Shown one piece after another: positions 1 to 8,987 of a stretch of DNA of 64,000 nt. The DNA comes from an uncultured Candidatus Saccharibacteria bacterium (GTDB taxonomy: Bacteria > Patescibacteriota > 4484-211 > JAGQKX01). Where the stretch lies: assembly GCA_964392315.1 (NCBI GenBank), contig CAYMOT010000001.1, positions 285,498-349,497 of the forward strand. Reading direction: 5' to 3'. The notes under the pieces were generated by a model. It saw only the letters and a list, made by a program, of their open reading frames with translations, was not told where the DNA came from and did no database searches. Each line of letters starts with the position of its first letter. Position 1 is the first letter of the stretch. The position numbers and the translations under genes were made by a program.

Positions 1-1570
1 AGAGGTCACTCCAGTACAAGCAACTGGCGAACAAGGAACACTTCCTGGCATCCCCGATTATGAGTCACCGCCGATCTCTCTTCTATCTGATGCAAAAGAG
101 ATAGCAGCAGATAGAGGCGACGTTGAGAAGAATGCGGCCATTATCGAAAAAACGCTCGATAGTTTTGGGGTGCAAGCACGTGTTGCTGAAGTGAACTTAG
201 GGCCTGCGGTAACCCAGTATGCGTTGAACCTTTCCGAAGGTACCAAGATTAATAAGATCACTGCCCTACAAAATGATCTTGCCCTTGCCTTGGCAGCGCC
301 AACTGGCGCAGTGCGTATAGAAGCGCCTATTCCTGGTAAGAAATTAGTTGGTGTTGAAGTACCAAACTATACATCTACACTGGTGACGATGCGTAATTCA
401 CTCGTCTCTGAGCAAGCGCAGCAAACCAAAGCGAAGCTCATGGTCACCTTGGGGCAGAATGTGGCAGGTGAGGTAGAAGTTGCAGATGTTACGAAATGGC
501 CGCATGTACTTATTGCGGGATCCACGGGGTCAGGTAAGTCAGTATTAATTCATTCGTTTATTATTTCGCTTTTATATACACGCCGCCCTGACGAAGTACA
601 ATTTATGTTTATTGACCCAAAGCGTGTAGAACTTACTCAGTATGATGGTATTCCGCATCTTCTTCGTTCTGTGATAGTCGATCCAGATAAAGCGGTGAAT
701 GCATTTAAGTGGGCCGTGCATGAAATGGAACATCGGTACAAATTATTTCAGCAGATACCGGGAGCTCGTGACCTCGCCTCTTTTAATGAAAAAACTGACA
801 CTCCGAAATTGCCATATATTGTGATTGTAGTGGATGAAATGGCAGACTTAATGGCATATGCCAAAAATGAAGCTGAAGGTCTTATCACGCGGCTTGCGCA
901 AATGAGCCGTGCAACGGGAATTCATCTGATATTGGCAACACAACGTCCATCTGTGGATGTTATTACTGGGTTGATTAAAGCGAATATTCCTACCCGAATT
1001 GCGTTAAATGTCACATCGGTTACTGATTCACGTGTTATTTTGGATGCTTCAGGTGCAGACAAACTAATAGGTAAAGGTGACATGTTATATTTGCCACCTG
1101 ATGCTGCAAAGCCTCGGCGTATACAGGGTGTGTTTGTGTCAGATGATGAATTGCGTCGAGTTATTGAACACCTTAAGCAGTATACACGGCCGCACATCAG
1201 TGTAGAGGAAGCCTTGGAAGTAACGTCCTCTTTAGGCGGTCCATCGTCTGGAGTTCAGGCATATGAACAAGAGGCTTCGTGGCAGCAGCCAACTGCAAGT
1301 ACCCGTACCCCGGATTTTGACGAACCCGATGACAATAAATTTGATGAAGCAGTACGGGAGATTATGAGCCATGATCGAGCCTCCGCATCTCTTTTACAGC
1401 GCAGGTTAAAAATAGGATATGCGCGAGCAGCACGTCTACTTGATGAACTTGAAGAGCGGGGTATCGTGTCACCGCCAGATGGGAGCAATCCGCGGGATGT
1501 ATATAAAGACAAGGCGCGCATCTATCTAGAAAATTCCGGACAACTTGAAGGTCATGCCCCCCAATTCTAA
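1..1570 (+). CDS. ftsK: DNA translocase FtsK/SpoIIIE, C-terminal motor and gamma domains. The 5' end lies outside the window.
   Basis: The reading frame is open from nt 2. It has Walker A GSTGSGKS, Walker B IVVDEMADLM, an ATQRPS motif and a C-terminal winged-helix gamma-like segment (LLQRRLKIGYARAARLLDELEERGIV). Confidence 0.85.
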   Translation, partial: EVTPVQATGEQGTLPGIPDYESPPISLLSDAKEIAADRGDVEKNAAIIEKTLDSFGVQARVAEVNLGPAVTQYALNLSEGTKINKITALQNDLALALAAPTGAVRIEAPIPGKKLVGVEVPNYTSTLVTMRNSLVSEQAQQTKAKLMVTLGQNVAGEVEVADVTKWPHVLIAGSTGSGKSVLIHSFIISLLYTRRPDEVQFMFIDPKRVELTQYDGIPHLLRSVIVDPDKAVNAFKWAVHEMEHRYKLFQQIPGARDLASFNEKTDTPKLPYIVIVVDEMADLMAYAKNEAEGLITRLAQMSRATGIHLILATQRPSVDVITGLIKANIPTRIALNVTSVTDSRVILDASGADKLIGKGDMLYLPPDAAKPRRIQGVFVSDDELRRVIEHLKQYTRPHISVEEALEVTSSLGGPSSGVQAYEQEASWQQPTASTRTPDFDEPDDNKFDEAVREIMSHDRASASLLQRRLKIGYARAARLLDELEERGIVSPPDGSNPRDVYKDKARIYLENSGQLEGHAPQF

Positions 1571-2210
1571 CTATATGAAGACAGTCGGAGAACTCCTCAG
1601 GGACGAACGCCTAAAACAAAAAAAGACGCTGGAGGAGATTTCGGAGATTACAAAAATCCGCCCAGCGATTCTATCTTACGTAGAGAAGAGCGAATACGAC
1701 AAATTACCAAGCAAAACCTACGTACGTGGTTTTGTTCGGTCATATGCGCAAGCACTTCGTATGGATACAGAAAAAGCGCTCGCATTTTTCAGGCGCGAGT
1801 ATGAAGAGACAAGTCAGGATGCATTACCACCCCAGCCGATCGAAAAACCCGAAGTGGTTATTACTCCGGCAAAAATCATCGTTGTTTTTGGAAGCCTCAT
1901 CCTTATTGCGTTTTTTATTTTCCTATTTTTCCAGTATCGGCAATTTGCCGGTCGACCGGTACTTCTTGTAGACTATCCACCTGATAGCCTTATTCTCGAA
2001 CAGGCAATGGTGAATGTGAGTGGAAAGACTGATCCTGAGAATACGATTGTTATCAATGGCGAGGACGTTCCGGTGTCGTCAGATGGCAGTTTCGGTGTTA
2101 CGGTTACGCTCATACAAGGGATAAATCGACTTACGGTAATTGCACGCAATAGTATCGGGAAAGAAACGATTATAGAGCGGCAAGTGCAAGTAGTCTCAAC
2201 GGATCAATAA
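1545..2210 (+). CDS. RodZ-like membrane protein with an N-terminal XRE-type HTH and a single TM helix
   Basis: The N-terminus reads GELLRDERLKQKKTLEEISEITKIRPAILSYVEKSEYDKLPSKTYVRGFVRSYAQAL, a RodZ-type HTH. A hydrophobic helix (IIVVFGSLILIAFFIFLFF) is followed by a beta-rich C-terminal part. It overlaps the ftsK 3' end by about 26 nt, so the true start may be the ATG near 1575. Confidence 0.55.
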   Translation: MKVMPPNSNYMKTVGELLRDERLKQKKTLEEISEITKIRPAILSYVEKSEYDKLPSKTYVRGFVRSYAQALRMDTEKALAFFRREYEETSQDALPPQPIEKPEVVITPAKIIVVFGSLILIAFFIFLFFQYRQFAGRPVLLVDYPPDSLILEQAMVNVSGKTDPENTIVINGEDVPVSSDGSFGVTVTLIQGINRLTVIARNSIGKETIIERQVQVVSTDQ

Positions 2211-2239
2211 AAATTTCGGCTTTTGTTCATCGCGTAAGG

Positions 2240-2248
2240 TGTTATAAT
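2240..2248 (+). promoter_or_regulatory. Extended -10 element TGtTATAAT upstream of the ytxG-like gene
   Basis: tgttataat spans 2240-2248, about 37-50 nt upstream of the TTG/ATG starts at 2285/2300. A weak -35-like TTGTTC sits at 2224-2229. Confidence 0.35.
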
Positions 2249-2284
2249 CGACCTTAGTTTCATTTCCAATTCCTACTTGGATTA

Positions 2285-2644
2285 TTGGAAAAACTGCCCA
2301 TGTTAGATACAACTCAGATTTTATTACTCATCCTAATACTTCTTATTACCACTATCATTACGATAGTAGGCGTCCAGTTCTATTTAGTACTTAAAGAGAT
2401 CCGCAAAGGCGTAGAAAATGTTAATGGTATTCTCGAAGAATTCAAGTCAACCGCGATGAACTTCACGAGTGGGAGTCAACACCTAAAAGAAGCAACTGCT
2501 GAAATAAAACAATTAGCAGTCAACGTACAAGAAGGATTATCCACTCCGCTTGTCTCTGGTGTTGCAACGTTTGGTTTGATCCAGAAGTTAATTAAGCCCT
2601 TCTTTGCCGAAAATGAAGAAGGGGATAATGAAGATGAGTTATAG
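2285..2644 (+). CDS. Small membrane protein of the DUF948/YtxG-like type
   Basis: An N-terminal TM helix (ILLLILILLITTIITIVGVQFYLVL) is followed by a charged helical region. The track start at 2285 is a TTG; an in-frame ATG lies at 2300. Confidence 0.35.
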   Translation: MEKLPMLDTTQILLLILILLITTIITIVGVQFYLVLKEIRKGVENVNGILEEFKSTAMNFTSGSQHLKEATAEIKQLAVNVQEGLSTPLVSGVATFGLIQKLIKPFFAENEEGDNEDEL

Positions 2645-3098
2645 CCAAAAATCTACTGATGAAAAAGGAGTTCTCGTTGGAATAGCAATAGGTGCACTTC
2701 TTGGGGTTGCAGTGGGGTTACTCTATGCTCCTCAAAGTGGCGTCAAAACAAGAAAGAATATCAAGGATAGTGTGAGAAAGGCTTCTCACGGCGCCCACAC
2801 ACTAAAAAAGACAGTGGCTAGTCAAGCGGGTGATGTCCAACAAAAGGTGCAAAAAGTTGCAAAACAAGCAGCGTCTGAAATTGAGCAAACCGCACGTGAG
2901 AATATAGAAAATGCACGTGCTAAAACTCTCGAGGTAAAAGATACGGTTATTGAAACCGCGACCTTGCATGCTGAACGAGCAACTGATGCAGCACTCCAAA
3001 AAACTGGGCAGACAGCTAATACAATTGCTCAAGCAGCATCGAGTGCGCGGACGTCTCTAGCGACCAGGCGCGTGCCCAAACGATTTAAGGGTGTGTAG
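2604..3098 (+). CDS. YtxH-like protein with an N-terminal glycine-zipper TM, followed by a charged helical region
   Basis: The segment VLVGIAIGALLGVAVGLLYAPQSGVKTRKNIKD resembles the YtxH/DUF3618 family. It lies next to the YtxG-like gene, as in Bacillus ytxGH. The likely true start is ATG 2628 or 2634, after the GAAGGGG ribosome-binding site. Confidence 0.4.
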   Translation: MPKMKKGIMKMSYSQKSTDEKGVLVGIAIGALLGVAVGLLYAPQSGVKTRKNIKDSVRKASHGAHTLKKTVASQAGDVQQKVQKVAKQAASEIEQTARENIENARAKTLEVKDTVIETATLHAERATDAALQKTGQTANTIAQAASSARTSLATRRVPKRFKGV

Positions 3099-4086
3099 GG
3101 TTTTGTGTGACACCAAGGTACTTGAAGTTTTTTGCAAACTCTTTAAAATAATATCCCAGGTTCGGTACTCGTGTAGACAACCGTTCTAATTTTCCTTCGA
3201 CTTCTACGAGTGGGTCTACAAAACGCGGTTTATTCGGTCCATAAAATTCAGCCGTTTCTTTGCCAGCATACTCAAAGAGTCTTCCGGGTGTTAGTCGATC
3301 AAGAAAAGCAAGTATTTGAGTGTCATGAGCATCACGCATTTTCTTCATCAGCACTTCATCGTCGGTGAAGAAATCATTTTCTGTTATAAGCCCCTTGGTA
3401 AGTGCTTTCTTCATTGCTTCGGCAATCAGAAAAAATGCTCCATGAGAGTTTGGGTCTAGCCAAATGAGTCGCGAGAAATTCATAAATAGAAGTGCGAAGA
3501 CTGATGCAGTCGCAGTGTCACCGAAATACATGGAGTCATCTTTGAGCTTGAGTGCACTGAGAAATTGTTGAGCCCATGTTGGTGAGAGGTAACCCATTGA
3601 GATTCCATCTCGTAAAAAGTAGTCCAATCGATCAAATGAAATGTCAGGTAAGGTGTTCTCTAAAAGCGGAAACTGATCGACATTGAGCACCGTATCTAAA
3701 AGAATTCCATGCTTGTCCAAAATGTCGGGGATTTCGGATTCTTTGATAATTTTTTCTGTAAACTGCTCATGAAACTCATGTTTTTCATCTTGTACAACAA
3801 AATCGATAACATGGGAGAATGCAGTGTGCGGCACATCATGAAGTAAACAAGCAATTTGTTCTTCGACTGGGCGTTTATACAGGAAGGACAAATACCAGAC
3901 ACCAATACTGTGCTCAAGCCGATTAACATTTCGCTGCGGTTGCAGAAAGTGCGCCGCCCCATCTTGACTGATTTTTTTGAGACGTTGCATTGGCGCACTC
4001 TGGATAAGTTCTTGAATTACAGGTTCAGTTATGTGAATCTCTTTGTATACTCTGTCTTGTATGTGCATTAAGTGATTATAGTACAT
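3085..4086 (-). CDS. HD-domain phosphohydrolase, of the dNTP triphosphohydrolase / COG1078-like type
   Basis: It has the paired motifs HSIGVWYL ... LLHDVPHTAFSH, characteristic of HD hydrolases of the dGTPase/SAMHD1 class. Confidence 0.55.
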   Translation of the reverse strand: MYYNHLMHIQDRVYKEIHITEPVIQELIQSAPMQRLKKISQDGAAHFLQPQRNVNRLEHSIGVWYLSFLYKRPVEEQIACLLHDVPHTAFSHVIDFVVQDEKHEFHEQFTEKIIKESEIPDILDKHGILLDTVLNVDQFPLLENTLPDISFDRLDYFLRDGISMGYLSPTWAQQFLSALKLKDDSMYFGDTATASVFALLFMNFSRLIWLDPNSHGAFFLIAEAMKKALTKGLITENDFFTDDEVLMKKMRDAHDTQILAFLDRLTPGRLFEYAGKETAEFYGPNKPRFVDPLVEVEGKLERLSTRVPNLGYYFKEFAKNFKYLGVTQNPTHP

Positions 4087-4094
4087 GCAGTATA

Positions 4095-4988
4095 ATGTCG
4101 ATAATGAATGGAATACAGAGGGTTAAAGGCACATCGTACATAACAATTTCGGCATTGTTTTTTGCAAGTTACGGGATTTGGAGTCGGCTCATGCACGAGA
4201 GCTTTACTCCATTTAACCAAGCGTGGAGTAGAGGACTTTTTCTATTATTCATCTGCATAGTCGCCGGATACATAACTCATCAATTTAGAAAAATCGCTCG
4301 CGTGGATCTAATATGGTTTTCGATTATTGCCCTTTGTGGCGGACTTAACCAGGCGCCGTATTATTTTGGATTTGATTACTTACCTATTGGAACAGCTACA
4401 TTGCTTTTCTATGTTTCACTCATTTTGGGCGGGTATCTTGTAGGGAAATTAGTTATGCATGAGAACATAGACAAGACGAAAGTTCTCTCATTATTTCTCT
4501 CTGTGGTAGGGATGGGAATAATCTATCGATTTAGCCTAAGCCCAAGTCAAATCTTTCCGGCCACGATGACCGTCCTTGCAGGGCTTATGGGTGCTGGGTC
4601 AGCAGTATTACCAAAAAAACTTTCGAGCGACTATTCGGAACTGCAGATACTGACTTTTACTCTCGCGTCCATGTTTATCTGTAATTTAGTTATTGCTATA
4701 GTGCTCAATCAAACGCTTCCTGAAATACAATTAAACAGTAGCTGGCTTGGTTGGCTCGCATATGCAATAAGTTTGCTAATTGCTAATCTTACAGTAATTG
4801 CAGGATTCAAATATATTGATGCAACGTGGGGTAGTATCTTAGGTACGACCGAAATTATCTTTGCAATTGTGTTTGGCATTGTATTCTTTTCAGAATCATT
4901 AACTACAAGTAGTGTTGTGGGCGGGCTCATTATGTTGTTAGCGATCTTACTTCCGTACATTCCTGTTAAGCTTTTGCGCATTGAATAG
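4095..4988 (+). CDS. EamA/DMT-family integral membrane transporter
   Basis: About 10 predicted hydrophobic helices, with a duplicated five-helix architecture typical of EamA-like transporters. Confidence 0.5.
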   Translation: MSIMNGIQRVKGTSYITISALFFASYGIWSRLMHESFTPFNQAWSRGLFLLFICIVAGYITHQFRKIARVDLIWFSIIALCGGLNQAPYYFGFDYLPIGTATLLFYVSLILGGYLVGKLVMHENIDKTKVLSLFLSVVGMGIIYRFSLSPSQIFPATMTVLAGLMGAGSAVLPKKLSSDYSELQILTFTLASMFICNLVIAIVLNQTLPEIQLNSSWLGWLAYAISLLIANLTVIAGFKYIDATWGSILGTTEIIFAIVFGIVFFSESLTTSSVVGGLIMLLAILLPYIPVKLLRIE

Positions 4989-5095
4989 AATTCTTTCGTA
5001 TAAAGTAAGCCTGTTTGTTATAAGAAAAATGTTGGGATCTCCCTAACCATCTAGCGCCATTTCAACAAGTTTTATTTCTGCTAAAACAAAAACAC

Positions 5096-6250
5096 ATGAA
5101 CATAAAGAAAGATGATATTTGGAACAAGCTTCATCACCATTACTCTGCCCAAGATTGGATAAATAAACCAAATATTTTTGCAGAAGAAGTACTAGAGTAT
5201 TTTCCCAAGGAGGGCAATATACTTTGTTTAGGTGACGGGCAAGGTCAGGATGGCAGGTTTTTTGCTTCTAAGGGCTATAAGGTGCTCTCTACTGATATTT
5301 CGGATTCAGCGTTAGAAATAAACAATAAAAAGATCATAGAACAAGGATTAAGTGGTATCAAAACTGAAAAGCTTGATTTAACTTCCCTCTTTCCTTACGA
5401 AGCCAGATCATTTGATGTTGTCTATGCCCACCTATCATTACATTACTTCACTGAAGATATAACAAAACAGATTTATAGCGAGATGAGACGAGTATTAGTA
5501 AAAGGTGGTATTGTGGCGATTCTTGTTAATTCGATCAATGATCCTGAATTCAATACAGAAAGAAGAATTGAACAGGAATTGTTTGAAATCGAAGGAATAG
5601 CAAAAAGGTTTTTCTCGAAATATTCGATGGATCATTTTGCCTACGATTTTCAAGTGATTCTTTTGGATGATAAAGGAAGAACGTATAAAGATGAGGCTAA
5701 AAATGTACATAACCTCGTTAGATTTATCGGAAGAAATTATCCAAGAAAGGTCGATAACAAAGCACTACCTTTTGTTTCGGCTATTGTAGAGCGGGAAAGT
5801 AATGGAGAAACAGAAGTGTTGATCCAGACACGATGGCGACCCAATGCTGAATGGAACTACCACAACACCATAGAGATTCCTGCTGGTGTTTTAGATAAAG
5901 ATTATGAGGATGTAGTCGACGCTGTGAAACGTGAGGTTAAAGAAGAGACAGGGTTAGTTGTTAGTGAAATAGTCGGATCGGAAAGATCAAACATGTACAC
6001 TCCAAATAATGATGCCTCGTATGCATTCAGACCATTTGCTTGCTCCCAACAGCTGAAGGGTGGACTCCCTTGGGTTGGATTTGCTTTTATTTGTAAGGTT
6101 GAAGACGCAGAGCTTAAGCATCAAGAAGATGAAACGAGAGATATTAGGTGGATTAAAAAGAGTGAACTAAAACAGTTATTTCTAAAATCACCAGAAAAAT
6201 TCTTTACGCTTCATCTAGGAACGCTAGAATTGTATTTAGAAGGCATTTAA
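5096..6250 (+). CDS. Fusion protein: N-terminal class I SAM-dependent methyltransferase plus C-terminal NUDIX hydrolase
   Basis: The methyltransferase glycine motif reads ILCLGDGQGQDG ... VLSTDIS. The C-terminal Nudix box reads GVLDKDYEDVVDAVKREVKEETGL, matching GX5EX7REUXEEXGU. Confidence 0.6.
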   Translation: MNIKKDDIWNKLHHHYSAQDWINKPNIFAEEVLEYFPKEGNILCLGDGQGQDGRFFASKGYKVLSTDISDSALEINNKKIIEQGLSGIKTEKLDLTSLFPYEARSFDVVYAHLSLHYFTEDITKQIYSEMRRVLVKGGIVAILVNSINDPEFNTERRIEQELFEIEGIAKRFFSKYSMDHFAYDFQVILLDDKGRTYKDEAKNVHNLVRFIGRNYPRKVDNKALPFVSAIVERESNGETEVLIQTRWRPNAEWNYHNTIEIPAGVLDKDYEDVVDAVKREVKEETGLVVSEIVGSERSNMYTPNNDASYAFRPFACSQQLKGGLPWVGFAFICKVEDAELKHQEDETRDIRWIKKSELKQLFLKSPEKFFTLHLGTLELYLEGI

Positions 6251-6461
6251 GTAGTCGGTCTAATAAAAGAGTCAACTGATTTATTTGACACGGTAAAGAT
6301 TTAAAAGATACTGCATAAATATGTATAAATTTGCCAGGTGTTACGCGACCAGTGACGACCATTGAGGAATTGAATCATAAGGCTGTTTATAACTTTTGAG
6401 GTCAGAAAACGTTTACAGATAAGCACAAAATCGGGTCCGGCTCCTAGTCGGATTTTTGAGA

Positions 6462-6776
6462 TTATTTTTGATTATAGAGCTGATACACGTCAATTGCAGG
6501 AGTTTCGTAAGGGTGTACTGATTTGATTGCTGTGACTACTGCATCGAGTGCATGTTCTGGACAAACCATTTCCACTCTTGTTTCCGGCTCCTGGCTCATT
6601 GTACCGACCGTCCCTATTGTTGGGTTGGAGCCTTCTCCTGAGAACCAATTGCCCATGCCGTTTGTAATAAATGCATTATGCGTATAGTTGCCCACCACTC
6701 CGGCACCGGCTTCTGCCATTGCCCGGATGAGTGCATCAACATGTATCTCAGGAATAAAGGTTACAATTTTAAACAT
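6462..6776 (-). CDS. GlnB/PII-like superfamily small protein, CutA-like
   Basis: The sequence MFKIVTFIPE ... ETRVEMVCPEHALDAVVTAIKSVHPYETPAIDVYQL contains an HPYExP motif as in CutA1 and the Nif3 PII-like insert. The track ORF (to 6848) runs into tRNA-Cys, so the start was moved to ATG 6774-6776. Confidence 0.4.
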   Translation of the reverse strand: MFKIVTFIPEIHVDALIRAMAEAGAGVVGNYTHNAFITNGMGNWFSGEGSNPTIGTVGTMSQEPETRVEMVCPEHALDAVVTAIKSVHPYETPAIDVYQLYNQK

Positions 6777-6787
6777 ATACACGCTTT

Positions 6788-6862
6788 TGGAGGCCTGGGC
6801 GGGAGTCGAACCCGCGTATAAGGGTTTTGCAGACCCTTGCCTTACCACTTGGCTACCAGGCC
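6788..6862 (-). tRNA. tRNA-Cys (anticodon GCA)
   Basis: The reverse complement reads GGCCTGGTAGCCAAGTGGTAAGGCAAGGGTCTGCAAAACCCTTATACGCGGGTTCGACTCCCGCCCAGGCCTCCA. It folds as a cloverleaf with an anticodon stem AGGGT/ACCCT, loop CTGCAAA, a GTTCGA T-loop, discriminator U and an encoded CCA. Confidence 0.85.
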
Positions 6863-7024
6863 ACCTACAAGATAAGTATGGAATGTTTTCCGTACCTGCA
6901 GTAGTTCTGAGTTTATCAAAGAATGCTGACTTGGCGTTACTGCTGGGTCTTGTTTATGCATTATACGATAAAAGTGCTACGCGCATGATAGAATACGCCC
7001 ATACCTTAATATAATAAACAAAAT

Positions 7025-8935
7025 ATGATTACTATTACTGCGTGGGAATTTGTAGAGAAATATTTAGACTTTTTTAAGAAGCATGGGCATGCCATTTTGC
7101 CAAACGTCAGCCTAGTACCGAAAGAAGACCCGACGACCTTATTTATTAACTCAGGAGTACAGCCTATCGAAAAATATCTCGCCGGAGAGTCTCACCCATT
7201 GGGCAAGCGGCTTGCATCTGTACAGCGGTGTGTGCGTACTAAAGACTTAGAAGGTCCGGTTCATGATAGTGTTGGTGACAGTACGCACCATGTATTGTTC
7301 CATATGTTGGGGAATTGGTCGTTGGGTGACTATTTTAAAAAGGAGACAATCACTTGGTCGTATCAATTTCTTGTCGATGATTTGCATATAGATCCAAAAC
7401 GCATTTGGGTGACCATATTCGCAGGGGATCAAGACGCACCATTTGATCAGGAAGCAAAAGACACGTGGTTATCTCTCGGTATTCCAGACGAGAGAATAAT
7501 ACCTCTTGGGAAAGAGGATAACTGGTGGGGTCCCGCTGGGCTAACCGGTCCCTGTGGTCCAGATACCGAGATTTTTGTAGATAGACTCCCGGAGCGTGGG
7601 ATGAATGGAGAGACTCCAGGAGAAGAGTTTAAACATACTGAACGCTTTATTGAAGTGTGGAATAACGTGTTTTCTCAATATTATAAAGATGCTCAAGGCA
7701 CCTTTACGGAACTTTCCCAAAAGAATGTTGACACTGGCATGGGGCTTGAAAGAACGATCGCAACGCTACAAGGTTTCTCGGATAATTACCAGACAGAGCT
7801 TTTTCTGCCGATTATTGAGAAGATTGAGTCGCTTTCGGGGAAAGCCTATCCACGACAAAAGACTGGAGATTGGACGCCACTTCCGTTAACTGACGAGATT
7901 CGTGCATTTAGAATTATTGCTGAACATGCCCGTTCATCAATATTCATGGCAATGGATGGTGTTACCCCTTCAAACAAAGAGCAAGGATATATTCTGCGTC
8001 GGATTATTCGGCGCCTTGTGCGGTTTGGTGCACAATTGGGGATTTCTGAAGAACGTTCATTAACACGGGCTTTGGGTGAAGTGGTCATCAGTGAATATGT
8101 AAGAATATATCCACAGCTTAGTGAGGCAAAAGAGTATATCCTCACTATTCTTGACGCTGAAGAACAGGCATTTACACAGTTGCTTCGCCGCAGTAACCAG
8201 CTTGTTCATAAAATTATTGCAGCGCAAGAGGGATCTATACAGAATACGCTTACAGTTGATGGCGCAGCGTTAACTCTAGGCGCTTTTGGTTTTTATATGT
8301 TTGAGACCTATGGCCTGCCGGAGGATGTAACATTGGGTGCGTTACAAGACGAAGGGATTGCTCTCGATGAAATTGTTATAAAGAAATTTAATGAAGATTT
8401 TGCACTCGCAAAGAATAGACACGAGGAGAGTTCCCGTGCTGCCTCTGCTGGTCGGTTTGCTGGAGGACTTGCTGACCATTCAGCAGAAACAACGAAACTC
8501 CACACCGCAACACATTTACTGCACAAAGCGTTGCGTACGGTATTGGGTGAGCATGTGCAACAAATGGGAAGCAATATTACTAAGGATCGGCTGCGTTTTG
8601 ATTTTTCGCATGATGAAAAATTAACGGACGACCAGATTACAAGAATTGAGCAATTGGTAAACGAGGCTATTCGGCAAGATTTGTCTGTGATCCAAAAGAC
8701 CATGCCGTATCATGAAGCAATTGCACGTGGTGCGCTTGCATTTTTCCAGGAAAAATATCCCGAAACTGTTTCTGTGTATGTGGTTGGGGACGAACAGTCT
8801 CCGTTTAGTATGGAATTGTGTGGCGGGCCTCATGTAGACCGTACAGGTGATTTGGGGCTATTTCGTGTTACAAAGCAGGAAAGCGTTGGCAAAGGAGTAC
8901 GACGCCTTAAGGCAACACTTGAGGCAACAAACTAA
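7025..8935 (+). CDS. alaS: Alanyl-tRNA synthetase, short form of 636 aa lacking the C-Ala domain
   Basis: Class II catalytic motifs are present (FINSGVQP, QRCVRTKDLEG, WWGPAGLTGPCGPDTEIF). The editing domain is present (HTATHLLH ... CGGPHV). The protein ends right after the editing domain. Confidence 0.9.
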   Translation: MITITAWEFVEKYLDFFKKHGHAILPNVSLVPKEDPTTLFINSGVQPIEKYLAGESHPLGKRLASVQRCVRTKDLEGPVHDSVGDSTHHVLFHMLGNWSLGDYFKKETITWSYQFLVDDLHIDPKRIWVTIFAGDQDAPFDQEAKDTWLSLGIPDERIIPLGKEDNWWGPAGLTGPCGPDTEIFVDRLPERGMNGETPGEEFKHTERFIEVWNNVFSQYYKDAQGTFTELSQKNVDTGMGLERTIATLQGFSDNYQTELFLPIIEKIESLSGKAYPRQKTGDWTPLPLTDEIRAFRIIAEHARSSIFMAMDGVTPSNKEQGYILRRIIRRLVRFGAQLGISEERSLTRALGEVVISEYVRIYPQLSEAKEYILTILDAEEQAFTQLLRRSNQLVHKIIAAQEGSIQNTLTVDGAALTLGAFGFYMFETYGLPEDVTLGALQDEGIALDEIVIKKFNEDFALAKNRHEESSRAASAGRFAGGLADHSAETTKLHTATHLLHKALRTVLGEHVQQMGSNITKDRLRFDFSHDEKLTDDQITRIEQLVNEAIRQDLSVIQKTMPYHEAIARGALAFFQEKYPETVSVYVVGDEQSPFSMELCGGPHVDRTGDLGLFRVTKQESVGKGVRRLKATLEATN

Positions 8936-8987
8936 TTGATTGGTTAGCTTTCCTCATGCCTCTTTTTGAGATACACTGGTTGTATCT

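Noticed and set aside
6420-6461. A possible terminator between the convergent methyltransferase-Nudix and PII-like genes (GGGTCCGGCTCCTAGTCGGATTTTTG)
   Set aside because: The stem is only 4-5 bp with mismatches. It is not convincing enough to call, although a terminator is expected in this convergent gap.
6688-7014. A 108-aa plus-strand ORF between the PII-like gene and alaS
   Set aside because: It completely overlaps tRNA-Cys on the opposite strand and has no recognisable motifs or ribosome-binding site. It is most likely a spurious ORF.
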